A stretch of 64,000 nucleotides of DNA from Acidobacteriota bacterium. Lineage in GTDB: Bacteria > Acidobacteriota > UBA6911. Both the position numbers and the translations under genes were made by a program. Of the stretch, positions 27,663 to 38,266 are shown piece after piece (the stretch's first letter is position 1; every line of letters starts with the position of its first letter). The notes under the pieces are model-generated. The model was given only the letters and a program-made list of their open reading frames with translations. It ran no database searches and was not told the DNA's origin. Where the stretch lies: positions 6,016,001 through 6,080,000 of the forward strand of contig OY761556.1 in NCBI GenBank assembly GCA_963664705.1. Reading direction: 5' to 3'.

Positions 27663-30596
27663 ATGTCTCTGCCCAATGGAATTGACCCAATTTCGCGCCG
27701 AAGATTTCTGACGCTTCTCTCGGCCTCTGCTTCTCTGGCCTTGGGCTCTTCCTGTTCTAGAATCGATCGCGGCACAATCGTACCCTATACGCGAAGACCA
27801 GGAGAGAGCATTCCGGGCGTTGCCACCTATTACGCCAGCACATTCCAGGAGGGACTGACGACACTGGGTGTTCTCGTCAAGACCCGTGAGGGGCGGCCCA
27901 TCAATATTGAAGGCAACGCCGAGCATGCGGTGTCCCGCGGGAAGACCGGTCTCCGCGCGATGGGAGATCTGTTGGGGCTCTATGATCCGGATCGGCTGCG
28001 AACTCCAAGCCATAGAGGAGGAGCTTCTTCCTGGGACGACGCGATCAATTCCATGGCGAAGGCCCTGTCGGACGCGCGGTTGCTGGAAAAGCCGATTCTT
28101 TTGCTTACCGGAGCAATGCTTTCGCCAACACAGAAAGCACTTCTGTATGATCTCCGGCTTGCCTTCCCGACTCTGCTCCACGCTGCCTGGGAGCCATATA
28201 CCCCAACATCCGGGATTGCGGCATCCGCGGCTTTGTACGGCAACGCGGTCCTGCCCAGACTGCACCTGGATCGAGCGGATGTGATTCTTTCGCTGCAATC
28301 CGATTTTCTGGGGAGAGACCCCAATGCGTCCGTGTTTACGCAGGATTTTGCTTCGAGACGCATTGTGTCCGGTCCGAAAGCCTCTATGAACCGCCTCTGG
28401 GTTCTTGAAGGTGGAATGACGATTACGGGCGCCAATGCCGATCAACGCATTGCCGTCCGGCCGTCAAAAATTGCGGAGCTCGCGGTTGCGGTTGCCCGGC
28501 AGTTGCACCAGGCTCACTCTCTCCCGCTTCCGGCGGGCTTGAAGGCAGAGGATTTGGGCAGGGTTGAGGTTGAATCCGCTGCCCGGAATGCGGGTATAGA
28601 TCCTTCCATTCTACGACTGCTGGCTGAAAACCTGGCGGGAGCAAAGAGTGCATCGCTTGTTTTGGCCGGCCCGGAATTGCCAACGGAAGCGCACGTGGCT
28701 TGCGGTCTGCTCAATTCCATGTTGGGAGCTGAGGGGAATACGCTGGACACGAATTCTGCCTCTCAATCTCCGGCGCTGATCAATCTTCCGGAACTCCAGT
28801 CGCTTTTGAAGGAAGCCGCGCAGGGGAAATATGCGGTTGGAATTTTCTGGGGTGCGAATCCGGCCTATGCTTTCCCGGATGCCTCCTTGTGGAAAAGCGC
28901 AATCGCCAAAATCCCCGAAAGCTATCGAATCGGATTGTATGAAGACGAAACTGCGCTCGATTGTGCGTGGCGGCTTCCGGAAAATCACTGGTTGGAATCC
29001 TGGGGAGATTTTGATCCGGTCGCCGATTACTCCAGCCTGCGGCAGCCGGTGATAGGAACGATTCATGACAGCAGGCAGGGCGAAGATATCCTGGTTGCCT
29101 GTCTGAGGAAAATGAAGATCCAGGGACCTCGCAGTTATCTCGAATACCTGAAATCGCGCTGGCAATCCGAGGTGTGCCCGGCAGACAGCCCGGTGCCCTT
29201 CGAAACCTTCTGGAACGCAGCCCTGCATGATGGCGGCGTTCGGCGTGAGCCAAAGCCCCAGAGCTTACCGGCAATGAACATTGAGGCGGTCAGGAACGCC
29301 TTGAGCGCGGTCGGCAATGCCGGGACGCAATCCACGGGCTTTGAAATAGCGCTCGCTCCCGGTTCCGCCGTCTATGACGGCCGGTATGCCAACAACGGCT
29401 GGCTGAATGAACTTCCCGATCCCGTTACAAAAGCCACATGGGGGAATCCGTTGCTCCTGTCCGCTACGGATGCCGAACGGTTGGGTGTTCGCGAACATGA
29501 TGCCGTCAGGATTACCGCCGGGGGGAAGAGTGTGGAGGTGTCGGTCCTTATTCAGCCCGGGCAGGCCTCCGGAGTAGCGTCTCTCGCGCTCGGCTATGGT
29601 CGCAGAACGGGATCCGTAGCGATCGATGTCGGTGCCAACGCTTACTCGCTGATGGATGTTGCTTCAAAAACTCCATACCTTCTCTCCGATGCAAAACTCG
29701 CTCGCGTCAGTGCCGATAAGCGGAAGCTCAGTCCCAGGACGCAGGATTTCGACCAGCAGGGAAGCCGCGATTTGGCGCGCTCCTGGAGTCTGACTCAGTA
29801 TTCTGCGGAAGTGAGCAAAGAGACACACGGCCATTCCGCGGAAGCGCTTCCCTCGCTTATCCCGAACCCGGAATTTCCAAATCAGAAATGGGGCATGGTG
29901 ATCGACCTTTCGGCCTGCACTGGGTGCAGTGCCTGCATGATTGCGTGCCAGTCTGAAAACAATATCCCGGTTGTGGGTCCGGATCGAATTGCCGTCGGCA
30001 GAGGCATGCATTGGATTCGGATTGACCGCTATTACGAAGGAGATGCAAGGAATCCGAAAGTGCAGCTGATGCCAATGCTGTGCCAGCATTGCGATAATGC
30101 TCCATGCGAGATCGTATGCCCGGTCAATGCTACGACACATAGCCCGGATGGATTGAACCAGATGGCATACAACCGGTGTGTCGGCACGCGGTACTGTTCG
30201 AATAACTGCCCGTTCAAGGTCAGACGTTTTAATTTCTTCGATTATACATCGATGAAAAAGGAACCGGAGAGCCTGGTATTTAATCCGGAGGTGACCGTTC
30301 GTCCGCGCGGAGTCATGGAAAAATGTACGTTCTGCATCCAGCGGATTCAAAACGCAAAGCAGAATGCGAAATCGGAATCCCGTCAAATCAGGGATGGAGA
30401 AATTCAACCCGCCTGTGTCGCGGCATGTCCGGCGAATGCCATGGTATTCGGCAACGTGAATGACCCACAAAGCCGTGTGTCCAGGCTGATGAAGATGAAT
30501 CGGAAATATCGCCTGCTCGAGGATTTGGGGATTCGGCCGTCCGTAACCTATCTGGTGGACATTTCAAATCCGGCTATCAAGAAGGACAAGGCATGA
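27663..30596 (+). CDS. actB: Alternative complex III ActB (molybdopterin-oxidoreductase fold + Fe-S domain)
   Basis: Tat motif SRRRFL and lipobox-like LGSSC; REGRPINIEGN; CTGCSACMIACQ, CQHC..PC..CP, CVGTRYCSNNCP, CTFC..PACVAACP. Confidence 0.93.
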   Translation: MSLPNGIDPISRRRFLTLLSASASLALGSSCSRIDRGTIVPYTRRPGESIPGVATYYASTFQEGLTTLGVLVKTREGRPINIEGNAEHAVSRGKTGLRAMGDLLGLYDPDRLRTPSHRGGASSWDDAINSMAKALSDARLLEKPILLLTGAMLSPTQKALLYDLRLAFPTLLHAAWEPYTPTSGIAASAALYGNAVLPRLHLDRADVILSLQSDFLGRDPNASVFTQDFASRRIVSGPKASMNRLWVLEGGMTITGANADQRIAVRPSKIAELAVAVARQLHQAHSLPLPAGLKAEDLGRVEVESAARNAGIDPSILRLLAENLAGAKSASLVLAGPELPTEAHVACGLLNSMLGAEGNTLDTNSASQSPALINLPELQSLLKEAAQGKYAVGIFWGANPAYAFPDASLWKSAIAKIPESYRIGLYEDETALDCAWRLPENHWLESWGDFDPVADYSSLRQPVIGTIHDSRQGEDILVACLRKMKIQGPRSYLEYLKSRWQSEVCPADSPVPFETFWNAALHDGGVRREPKPQSLPAMNIEAVRNALSAVGNAGTQSTGFEIALAPGSAVYDGRYANNGWLNELPDPVTKATWGNPLLLSATDAERLGVREHDAVRITAGGKSVEVSVLIQPGQASGVASLALGYGRRTGSVAIDVGANAYSLMDVASKTPYLLSDAKLARVSADKRKLSPRTQDFDQQGSRDLARSWSLTQYSAEVSKETHGHSAEALPSLIPNPEFPNQKWGMVIDLSACTGCSACMIACQSENNIPVVGPDRIAVGRGMHWIRIDRYYEGDARNPKVQLMPMLCQHCDNAPCEIVCPVNATTHSPDGLNQMAYNRCVGTRYCSNNCPFKVRRFNFFDYTSMKKEPESLVFNPEVTVRPRGVMEKCTFCIQRIQNAKQNAKSESRQIRDGEIQPACVAACPANAMVFGNVNDPQSRVSRLMKMNRKYRLLEDLGIRPSVTYLVDISNPAIKKDKA

Positions 30597-31999
30597 AATC
30601 GGGATCCACACTCACATCAGGGGACTTGGTGCTGGAGCGCTTGCAGCCTCAGCCGGTCATCAAAGGGACCGTCAGTATTGGCGGTCTCGATGATCAAGTC
30701 CTGGCGCCGGTTGCCGTCAAGCCGCCTCCGGTTTGGTTCATTGCTTTTGCCATTACTTCAGCGGCCATGCTTCTGGGCTTTTCTCTGATCGGCTATACGA
30801 TTGCCACGGGTATCGGAGTTTGGGGAAACAACATACCTGTTGCGTGGGCGTTCGATATCATCAATTTCGTATTCTGGGTAGGGATCGGGCACGCGGGGAC
30901 GTTGATTTCTGCGATTCTTTTGCTTTTCCGCGCGCGCTGGAGAAATGCGATTTCGCGGTTTGCGGAGGCGATGACGATTTTTGCCGTGATCTGTGCCACC
31001 ATCTTCCCCCTTATCCATGTAGGACGTCCCTGGATAGCCTTCTGGCTTTTCCCCTATCCAAATCAGCGGGGGATCTGGCCGAATTTCCGGTCGCCGCTGC
31101 TTTGGGATGTGTTCGCCGTCAACACCTATTTCGCCGTTTCGCTGCTCTTCTGGTTCATGGGGCTGGTTCCTGATCTTGCCTCTCTGCGCGACCGTACCGT
31201 GAACAAAGTGCGCAAGTTCGTTTATTCAATGCTATGCCTCGGCTGGCGCGGCGCATCATCGCATTGGAATCACTACGAACGAGCCTATCTTGTCATTGCC
31301 GGGCTGGCCACGGGACTCGTTCTCTCCGTCCACAGCGTGGTTTCTTTCGATTTTGCCACCTCGCTTGTCCCCGGGTGGCACATGACCATCTTCCCGCCCT
31401 ATTTTGTTGCGGGCGCAATTTTTGCCGGCTTTGCCATGGTTGTGATGGCCCTGGTCGTCGTGCGGACCACCATGCATCTGGATAACCTCATTACCGATTA
31501 CCACCTGGATGTGATGAATAAGGTCATCCTGACCTGCTCCTGCCTGATGGGGTATTCCTATCTGATGGAGGGATTCACCGCGTGGTACAGCATGAACCCT
31601 TATATTCACCATACATTCATGCAGTACCTGTTTGGGACCTATGGGTGGGCCGGCTGGCTGACGCTTTCCTGCAATGTTCTGATCCCCCAGTTGCTGTGGT
31701 TCGGTCCGATTCGCAGGAGCTATACGGGGATGATTTTTGTGGCAGTCGCGGTGACCGTCGGGATGTGGTTCGAGCGCTTTGTCATTATAGTGAGCTCATT
31801 GCATAAGGATTTTCTCCCGTCCGCGTGGCACATCTACAAACCGACGCTGGTTGATTTTGGCATTCTGCTCGGATCCTTTGGCCTGTTCTTTACGCTGGTG
31901 CTTCTGTTCGCCAGGGTGCTGCCGGTCATCGCCACGACCGAGATGAAGATGAGTCTGCCGGGTTCGCAGCCGCACCGGGAAGGAGGAAGGCATGAATAG
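30593..31999 (+). CDS. actC: Alternative complex III ActC (NrfD family quinol-binding subunit)
   Basis: NFVFWVGIGHAGTLISAIL, RFAEAMT, NFRSPLLWDVFAV, SVHSVVSFDF, WFERF. Confidence 0.95.
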   Translation: MKSGSTLTSGDLVLERLQPQPVIKGTVSIGGLDDQVLAPVAVKPPPVWFIAFAITSAAMLLGFSLIGYTIATGIGVWGNNIPVAWAFDIINFVFWVGIGHAGTLISAILLLFRARWRNAISRFAEAMTIFAVICATIFPLIHVGRPWIAFWLFPYPNQRGIWPNFRSPLLWDVFAVNTYFAVSLLFWFMGLVPDLASLRDRTVNKVRKFVYSMLCLGWRGASSHWNHYERAYLVIAGLATGLVLSVHSVVSFDFATSLVPGWHMTIFPPYFVAGAIFAGFAMVVMALVVVRTTMHLDNLITDYHLDVMNKVILTCSCLMGYSYLMEGFTAWYSMNPYIHHTFMQYLFGTYGWAGWLTLSCNVLIPQLLWFGPIRRSYTGMIFVAVAVTVGMWFERFVIIVSSLHKDFLPSAWHIYKPTLVDFGILLGSFGLFFTLVLLFARVLPVIATTEMKMSLPGSQPHREGGRHE

Positions 32000-33125
32000 C
32001 CAATCCATCTTTTCCGTTGTCGGCGTCTTCAACAGTGCGCAGTTGCTGATGAAAGCCATTCCACGGATCCGGACGAAAACCTCCGCAAGATTGGAAACAT
32101 ATACGCCATATCCCATCGAAGGGATCGATAAGCTGCTGGGACTTCGAAAATCTCCGATCGGAGGAATGGTCCTCGTTATGGGGATCATCGGCGCAATTTC
32201 GACCCTGGCTTTTGAGCTGTGGACGAGTGGGATCGATTATCCGCAGATGACGGCAGGCAAGCCGTACTTTTCATGGGAAGCCCTTGTCCCGATCATGTTC
32301 GAAGTTACGGTTCTGTTTGCGACCTTTACTTCCGGGCTCGGGATGTTGCTGCTGCTGAACCGTCTTCCTTTTTTCCGGCATCCCATGCTGCATTCCAAAT
32401 CCCTGCGACTGGTTACGAGGGATAGGTTTGCGCTGGCCGTTGAATCTGCCGGATCCGACATTGATGCGGATGCCATTTCGAAAGAACTGCAGCAAGCCGG
32501 GGCTGAGTCGGTTGAGATACTGGAGCAGCCGGCCCCGCTCGGAGTGATGTCGGCGAACTTTTTTGCAGCAGTAATCGGGGCTATCGCGGTTTCCTGCCTG
32601 CTCGCGGGCTTTTTGACTTATTGGGCAACGAAGCTCTTCCCGATATCCATTCCGGTGGTGCATATGCTGGATCAGCCGCGACTGGATCCGCAGCGGGCGA
32701 GCAGCTTTTTTAAGGATGGCTTTGGAATGCGGATGCCGGTTCCCGAGACGGTTTCCCACGATTCAATGCCGTATACCATTAAAAAACAGGAGAATGCCGG
32801 AGATCTGGTCAACCCGCTGCCCCGGTCTGCCGCGGTACTGAATCGAGGACGGCAGGTTTATACCAACACTTGTTCTGTCTGTCATGGGGTCCTCGGGAAT
32901 GGGATGACATCGCTGACGGCTGCCTATGGAGCCAAGCCGGCAAACCTGGTATCTCAGCAGATCATTGAATTGCCCGATGGGAAAATTTATCACGTAATTG
33001 TGAATGGCAAGAATTCGATGCCTTCGTACATGGCGGACTTGCCCGAAAATGATCGATGGGCTGCAATTCATTATGTCCGGGTACTGCAGAGAGCGATGAA
33101 TGCCAAGGACGAGGATGTAAAGTAA
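31992..33125 (+). CDS. actD: Fused ActD (DUF3341) and ActE monoheme cytochrome c
   Basis: YTPYPIEG, GKPYFSW..VPIMFE; then MLDQP, CSVCHG and MPSY. Confidence 0.88.
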   Translation: MNSQSIFSVVGVFNSAQLLMKAIPRIRTKTSARLETYTPYPIEGIDKLLGLRKSPIGGMVLVMGIIGAISTLAFELWTSGIDYPQMTAGKPYFSWEALVPIMFEVTVLFATFTSGLGMLLLLNRLPFFRHPMLHSKSLRLVTRDRFALAVESAGSDIDADAISKELQQAGAESVEILEQPAPLGVMSANFFAAVIGAIAVSCLLAGFLTYWATKLFPISIPVVHMLDQPRLDPQRASSFFKDGFGMRMPVPETVSHDSMPYTIKKQENAGDLVNPLPRSAAVLNRGRQVYTNTCSVCHGVLGNGMTSLTAAYGAKPANLVSQQIIELPDGKIYHVIVNGKNSMPSYMADLPENDRWAAIHYVRVLQRAMNAKDEDVK

Positions 33126-33191
33126 TTTACGATTTACGATTGGAAACAACCGCATGCCTTTTTGCTGCAGATGCAATCGTAAATCGTCAAT
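33125..33191. repeat. Inverted pair of heptamer repeats (ATTTACG) between actDE and actF
   Basis: ATTTACGATTTACGATTG (33125-33142) vs CAATCGTAAATCGTCAAT (33174-33191), 17/18 complementary. Confidence 0.75.
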
Positions 33192-33206
33192 CGGTACAGG
33201 AGATAT

Positions 33207-34352
33207 GTGGTGAATTCGGAGACCAATACCAAACTGACAATTGCCGCGTTCCTCGGCCTGGTTGGGGTTGTTGCCGCATCTTTCTATGCCGGTTGGGAAC
33301 GGTTCTGGGCAAACTGGATCCTCTGGTTTCTTTTTCTGCTCACAATCGGTCTCGGCTCACTTTTCCTCGTGGCATTGGAGCATGTGGTGGGCGCGAAGTG
33401 GAGTATTCCGCTTCGACGCGTTCCGGAGCGTCTCTCCAGCCTTGTTCTCCTGATGGCTCCGGCTGCGTTGCTCGCATTGTTTTCCCTGCGATACCTTTAT
33501 CCATGGACGAGACCGGAGGCAGCGCAGAATCCCCTTGTCGCCGGGAAAGCCGCCTGGCTGAATGTCCCGTTTTTTTCGCTTCGAGTCGTGCTTTGCGCGG
33601 GCCTGTGGTTCCTGGCATACCGGATTATGGTATCCGGGTCTCTAAGGCAGGATGTTGATCGCGATCCCCGATTCAATCTGCGAGCGCGACGCTTCTCGCC
33701 GTTCTTCATGTTTGTTTTTGGAATTACCATCACGGTGGTAGCCTTCGACTGGATCTCGAGCCTCGAGCCTGCATGGTACAGCGATATCTTCGGGGTCTAT
33801 GTTTTTGCCGGGACTTTCCTTGCGGGGCTTGCTGCGACTACGCTGGCGCTGCTGTATCTGAAAAGCCGTGGAAGACTGCAGGAAGTGGGTCCGGACCACA
33901 TGTATAACCTGGGCGGTTTTCTTTTTGCCTTCACGGTTTTCTGGTCCTATATCGGGTTTGCCCAGTATATGCTCATGTGGTATGCCAATCTGCCGGAAGA
34001 GGTTTACTGGTACAGCGAGCGACTTGAAGGGGCCTGGGGGCTCATACTTCTCGCATTGGCTGTATTTCATTTCCTCGTCCCCTTTTTCATCCTGATCCCC
34101 CGGGACGCCAAGGGCAGTCCGAAGTTTCTTTTTTACACCGCCGCCATCATGCTTGTTTCTCACTGGCTGGACCTGTACTGGATGATTTTTCCGGTTTTGA
34201 AAAAGGGTTTGCTCCTGGGATGGCCTGAGTTGGCCTTTGGCCTGCTCTTCATTTGTGGTGGTCTCTTCTGGCTTCGACGTTTGATGAATCGAGGATCCGA
34301 TATGCCGGTAGGGGATCCTTTCCTGAGCCAGGGATTGGAGTTCCACCTATGA
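33207..34352 (+). CDS. actF: Alternative complex III ActF membrane subunit
   Basis: W...LRRVPE, LYPW, WLNVPFF, DWISSLEPAWYSDIFG, QYMLMWYANLPEE. Confidence 0.9.
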   Translation: MVNSETNTKLTIAAFLGLVGVVAASFYAGWERFWANWILWFLFLLTIGLGSLFLVALEHVVGAKWSIPLRRVPERLSSLVLLMAPAALLALFSLRYLYPWTRPEAAQNPLVAGKAAWLNVPFFSLRVVLCAGLWFLAYRIMVSGSLRQDVDRDPRFNLRARRFSPFFMFVFGITITVVAFDWISSLEPAWYSDIFGVYVFAGTFLAGLAATTLALLYLKSRGRLQEVGPDHMYNLGGFLFAFTVFWSYIGFAQYMLMWYANLPEEVYWYSERLEGAWGLILLALAVFHFLVPFFILIPRDAKGSPKFLFYTAAIMLVSHWLDLYWMIFPVLKKGLLLGWPELAFGLLFICGGLFWLRRLMNRGSDMPVGDPFLSQGLEFHL

Positions 34353-35266
34353 TCGAGAAATATGTGGATTCGGCGGAACTCAAGCGGCTTCTGTCCACAC
34401 TGGTGGTAATTCTGGGCTGCCTGCTCGTGGCGGGATTGTTTGCAAGCATCGTTGTGCCGGGACTGAGAAATGCCAACCAGCCTCCTAGCCCCACAGCCGT
34501 TGTCCCCGTTATCGGAGAATCCGGCTGGCTGGATCCTACGGAGTTTCCGCCGCAAAAGGGGCAGGAGATTCCCCCGGTGGATCCCAAGACTCTGATGAGT
34601 GCCACGCCGGAGTTGATTGCCCGCGGGAAGAGTCTGTTTGAGAGCAACTGTACGAGTTGCCACGGGGCTTTGGGACACGGCGATGGGCCCGCTGCATCCA
34701 CCATGAAGCCGCCTCCCCGTAATTTTTCGAGCCCCAACGGATGGGTGAATGGATATCACGCGCCGGGTATCTATAAAACACTGAGCGAAGGTATTGGCGG
34801 CACCTCCATGGCTTCCTTTGATTACTTGCGGAAAAAGGATCGAATGGCGCTGATGCATTATGTTCAGGCACTCGGCACTTTCCCGCATAATACGGCGCCT
34901 CCGAAATTGATGGAAAGCCTGGCCCAGACGCTGGCCTCCGCAGGCGAGAGAACGCCGAACAAGATTCCGGTCAGTATGGCCATGAATAAGCTCCGCGAGG
35001 AATTCCCGGCGGCTCCCAAACTGGTCATTGATGAAAATGACCAGAGTCCAGGCGGCGTGTTGCTTCGGAAAGCGGTGCTTGACCCTGTCCGCGCGTCCCA
35101 GTTTCTTGCGCAGTCATCAACCTGGCGCGCGACGTATCGGGATTTTGCCGCATCTGTACTTCTGGATATTCCGGAAAACGGCTTTTCAACAGCATTGGTT
35201 TCGCTGAAACCGGCAGAATGGCAATTATTGCATTCGGAGCTTGTTGCTAAAATCAAATCGAAATAG
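34349..35266 (+). CDS. Membrane-anchored monoheme cytochrome c
   Basis: One TM helix; CTSCHG..G.GDGPAA.....PRNF; axial Met in TSMASF; ATGA overlap with actF. Confidence 0.85.
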   Translation: MIEKYVDSAELKRLLSTLVVILGCLLVAGLFASIVVPGLRNANQPPSPTAVVPVIGESGWLDPTEFPPQKGQEIPPVDPKTLMSATPELIARGKSLFESNCTSCHGALGHGDGPAASTMKPPPRNFSSPNGWVNGYHAPGIYKTLSEGIGGTSMASFDYLRKKDRMALMHYVQALGTFPHNTAPPKLMESLAQTLASAGERTPNKIPVSMAMNKLREEFPAAPKLVIDENDQSPGGVLLRKAVLDPVRASQFLAQSSTWRATYRDFAASVLLDIPENGFSTALVSLKPAEWQLLHSELVAKIKSK

Positions 35267-35278
35267 GGGAGAACGACA

Positions 35279-36046
35279 ATGGCCCGGAAGATTGCAGCAT
35301 TCATTCTATTGCTGCTTTTTGCTTCAGCCGGCAATGCTCAGATGCGGGCGCCTTCGGATATCGGGATTGATGAAAAACTCGGAGCCCGGGTTGCGTTGGA
35401 TATTCCTCTCAAGGATGAAGATGGGAACCAGGTCACGCTGCGCCAGTACGTCGACAAGCCGACTATCCTGATGTTCAATTATTTGCGCTGCCCCGGGGTT
35501 TGCCCGGTGCTTATCAACAGTGCGGTCGATGCAGTCAATCGGATGAATCTGGAACCGGGGAAGGACTACCGGCTTGTTGCCGTAAGCTTCGATCACACCG
35601 ACACTCCTCAACTGGCGCGAGAGAAAAAAGCAAATTACCTCAACCAGATGAGACGGCCCTTTTCGCCCGACAACTGGCACTTTCTGACCGGGACCCTTGA
35701 AAACATCAAGGCGGTGGCCGATTCCGCAGGCTTTCGCTATCAGCAGCAGGGGGACATGTTTGTGCATCCCGGGGCGATTATTCTCCTGACGCCGAAAGGG
35801 ATCGTCAGCCGGTACCTGTATGGATCCACCTTCCTGCCGGCGGATATCGAGATGGCGGTGAAAGAGGCAGCGGGCGGCGAAGTGCTTCCTTCAATTTCCA
35901 GGGTGCTGTCGTTCTGTTATGTTACCGATCCGAAGGGACGGGGACGGGTCTTCAGCATCACCCGGTTTGCCGGTGCCGCAACGCTGGTTGTTGCCGGAAT
36001 TTTTATAATTTTTGTTCTCCGGCCAAAAAAGTCTTCAAGTATTTGA
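35279..36046 (+). CDS. SCO family copper chaperone
   Basis: CPGVC (CxxxC), WHFLTG, His in FVHP, SRYLYG; C-terminal TM. Confidence 0.9.
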   Translation: MARKIAAFILLLLFASAGNAQMRAPSDIGIDEKLGARVALDIPLKDEDGNQVTLRQYVDKPTILMFNYLRCPGVCPVLINSAVDAVNRMNLEPGKDYRLVAVSFDHTDTPQLAREKKANYLNQMRRPFSPDNWHFLTGTLENIKAVADSAGFRYQQQGDMFVHPGAIILLTPKGIVSRYLYGSTFLPADIEMAVKEAAGGEVLPSISRVLSFCYVTDPKGRGRVFSITRFAGAATLVVAGIFIIFVLRPKKSSSI

Positions 36047-36062
36047 GGTTAACGATACACCT

Positions 36063-37652
36063 ATGAGCTACCTGATCGAAGGCGGGAAAGGGATCCGGAG
36101 TTGGATCTTTTCTACGGATCACAAGAGGATTGGAGTGCTTTACCTGGTATCCATGGTTTCTCTCTTCTTTGTGGCCGTGACACTCGGCGTCCTGATGAGG
36201 ATCGAACAGCTCACGGTTCAAACGCCCATGTTTTCACCGCAAATATACAACGCGTTTTTTACGGTGCATGGCGTTGTCATGATCTTTATGTTCGTGCTTC
36301 CGGGCCTCCCTGCGGTTTTCGGAAATTTTTTCCTTCCGATTATGCTGGGTGCAAAGGATGTGTCGTTTCCCAGGCTGAACCTGATGTCCTGGTATTTCTT
36401 CATAGTGGGTGCCGGGCTTGTGGTTGCCTCCCTGTTTACAGGTAACGGGCCGCCGGATACCGGATGGACCTTTTATGCTCCTTTCAGCATCAAAACCGGA
36501 ACGAATATCACCCTGGGTGTTTTCGGTGCATTTGTTTTAGGCTTTTCTTCAATCTTGACCGGCCTCAACTTTATTACAACGATTCACAGACTTCGGGCCC
36601 CCGGGATGACCTGGCACCGCATGCCCTTGTTTGCGTGGGCCGTGTATGGAACCGCCTGGATTCAGCTCCTTGCGACACCGATTGTCGGGATCACGCTGCT
36701 CCTGGTGATAGCAGAGCGTCTGTTTGGGATCGGCGTTTTCGATCCCGCAAAAGGCGGGGATCCACTGCTGTATCAGCATCTATTCTGGATTTATTCGCAT
36801 CCCGCGGTCTACATCATGATTCTTCCTGCCATGGGTGCAATCACCGAAATCATCCCGACTTTTGCGCACAAATCGGTCTTTGGCTATAAGGCAATAGCCT
36901 ATTCTTCCCTGGCAATCGCCTTCCTGGGCTCCCTGGTTTGGGGACACCACATGTTTACCAGTGGTATGTCAGAGACCGCCAATCTGATTTTTTCCCTGCT
37001 CACGTTCATGGTGGCCGTCCCCAGTGCCATCAAGGTCTTCAACTGGACTGCGACGCTGTACAAGGGGGCCATTGAAATCAAACCTCCGATGGTTTTTGCC
37101 CTTACCTTCCTTTTCCTGTTCTGCATTGGTGGTTTGACCGGGCTCATGCAAGGTGCGCTTGCCGTCAATGTCCACATTCACGATACCTATTTCATCGTGG
37201 GGCACTTCCACTACGTGATGTTTGGCGGAACAGGGATGGGCTTCTTTGCAGCGCTGCTTTACTGGTTCCCGAAGATGTTCGGCAAGACCTATAACCACAA
37301 AATCGCCGTTCTTTCCTGGGTCCCGATTTTTATCGGATTCAATATGCTTTATTTCGGCATGCTGGTCCTCGGATATATGGGCATGCCGCGGCGCTATTTT
37401 ACCCATTTGCCGCAATTTCACACCGGGCACATTATCGCATCCGTGGGGAGTTTCATCCTGGCCATTGGCCTGGTTCTGTTCTTTGGAAACCTGGTAGTTG
37501 CGCTGTTTAAAGGGAAAAAGGCGGAACAGAATCCCTGGGGCGGGGTCACGCTTGAATGGCAGATTTCAACACCGCCGCCTCAGGAAAACTTTGCCGAGGT
37601 TCCGACAATTCGGGAACGTCCGTACGTCTTCAATCCGGAGGTCTCACGATGA
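36063..37652 (+). CDS. ctaD: Heme-copper oxidase subunit I, type A2
   Basis: TDHKRIG, FTVHG, GWTFY, FWIYSHPAVY (YS motif of A2), WGHHMF, HFHYV, GMPRRY. Confidence 0.96.
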   Translation: MSYLIEGGKGIRSWIFSTDHKRIGVLYLVSMVSLFFVAVTLGVLMRIEQLTVQTPMFSPQIYNAFFTVHGVVMIFMFVLPGLPAVFGNFFLPIMLGAKDVSFPRLNLMSWYFFIVGAGLVVASLFTGNGPPDTGWTFYAPFSIKTGTNITLGVFGAFVLGFSSILTGLNFITTIHRLRAPGMTWHRMPLFAWAVYGTAWIQLLATPIVGITLLLVIAERLFGIGVFDPAKGGDPLLYQHLFWIYSHPAVYIMILPAMGAITEIIPTFAHKSVFGYKAIAYSSLAIAFLGSLVWGHHMFTSGMSETANLIFSLLTFMVAVPSAIKVFNWTATLYKGAIEIKPPMVFALTFLFLFCIGGLTGLMQGALAVNVHIHDTYFIVGHFHYVMFGGTGMGFFAALLYWFPKMFGKTYNHKIAVLSWVPIFIGFNMLYFGMLVLGYMGMPRRYFTHLPQFHTGHIIASVGSFILAIGLVLFFGNLVVALFKGKKAEQNPWGGVTLEWQISTPPPQENFAEVPTIRERPYVFNPEVSR

Positions 37653-38260
37653 GCAGCCCCGCCGCCACTCCGCACAAGGATTACGAAGGTGCCAAGCTGG
37701 GCATGTGGCTGTTTCTGTTTACCGAAATCCTGCTCTTTGGCGGGCTGTTCATCCTGTACTCGGCTTACCGCGCCCGCTACCCGATGGAGTTTCATGAAGG
37801 CGGACAACACCTGAATGTCGTGATCGGAGTGGCTAACACGATTATTCTGCTGACCAGCAGCCTGACGGTTGCAATGTCGATTGTGGCGATTCAGAAGGGG
37901 AATCGAAAGCTTTCCATCTCGTGCCTGATCGCAACCATCATCATGGGCGCCGCGTTCCTGGTAAATAAATACATCGAGTGGAGCGGAGAGATCAGCCACG
38001 GGTTGTATCCGAATTCTCCTGTTCTGGCGCAGCGTCCCAAGGGGGACCAGATATTTTTCGGGCTCTATTACAGCATGACGGGATTGCATGGGCTGCATGT
38101 CATTGCCGGAATCATCGTCCTGTCTGTGATGCTTTTATTTGTGATTCGCGGGAAAATCACCAGCACCGATTTTAACAAACTCGAGAATGGCGGCCTGTAC
38201 TGGCACCTGGTGGATGTGATCTGGATCTTTCTCCTGCCGCTTTTCTATTTGGCGGCATGA
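37649..38260 (+). CDS. ctaE: Cytochrome c oxidase subunit III
   Basis: GMWLFLFTEILLFGGLF, TGLHGLHV, YWHLVDVIWIFL. Confidence 0.94.
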   Translation: MSSPAATPHKDYEGAKLGMWLFLFTEILLFGGLFILYSAYRARYPMEFHEGGQHLNVVIGVANTIILLTSSLTVAMSIVAIQKGNRKLSISCLIATIIMGAAFLVNKYIEWSGEISHGLYPNSPVLAQRPKGDQIFFGLYYSMTGLHGLHVIAGIIVLSVMLLFVIRGKITSTDFNKLENGGLYWHLVDVIWIFLLPLFYLAA

Positions 38261-38266
38261 GGTCGT

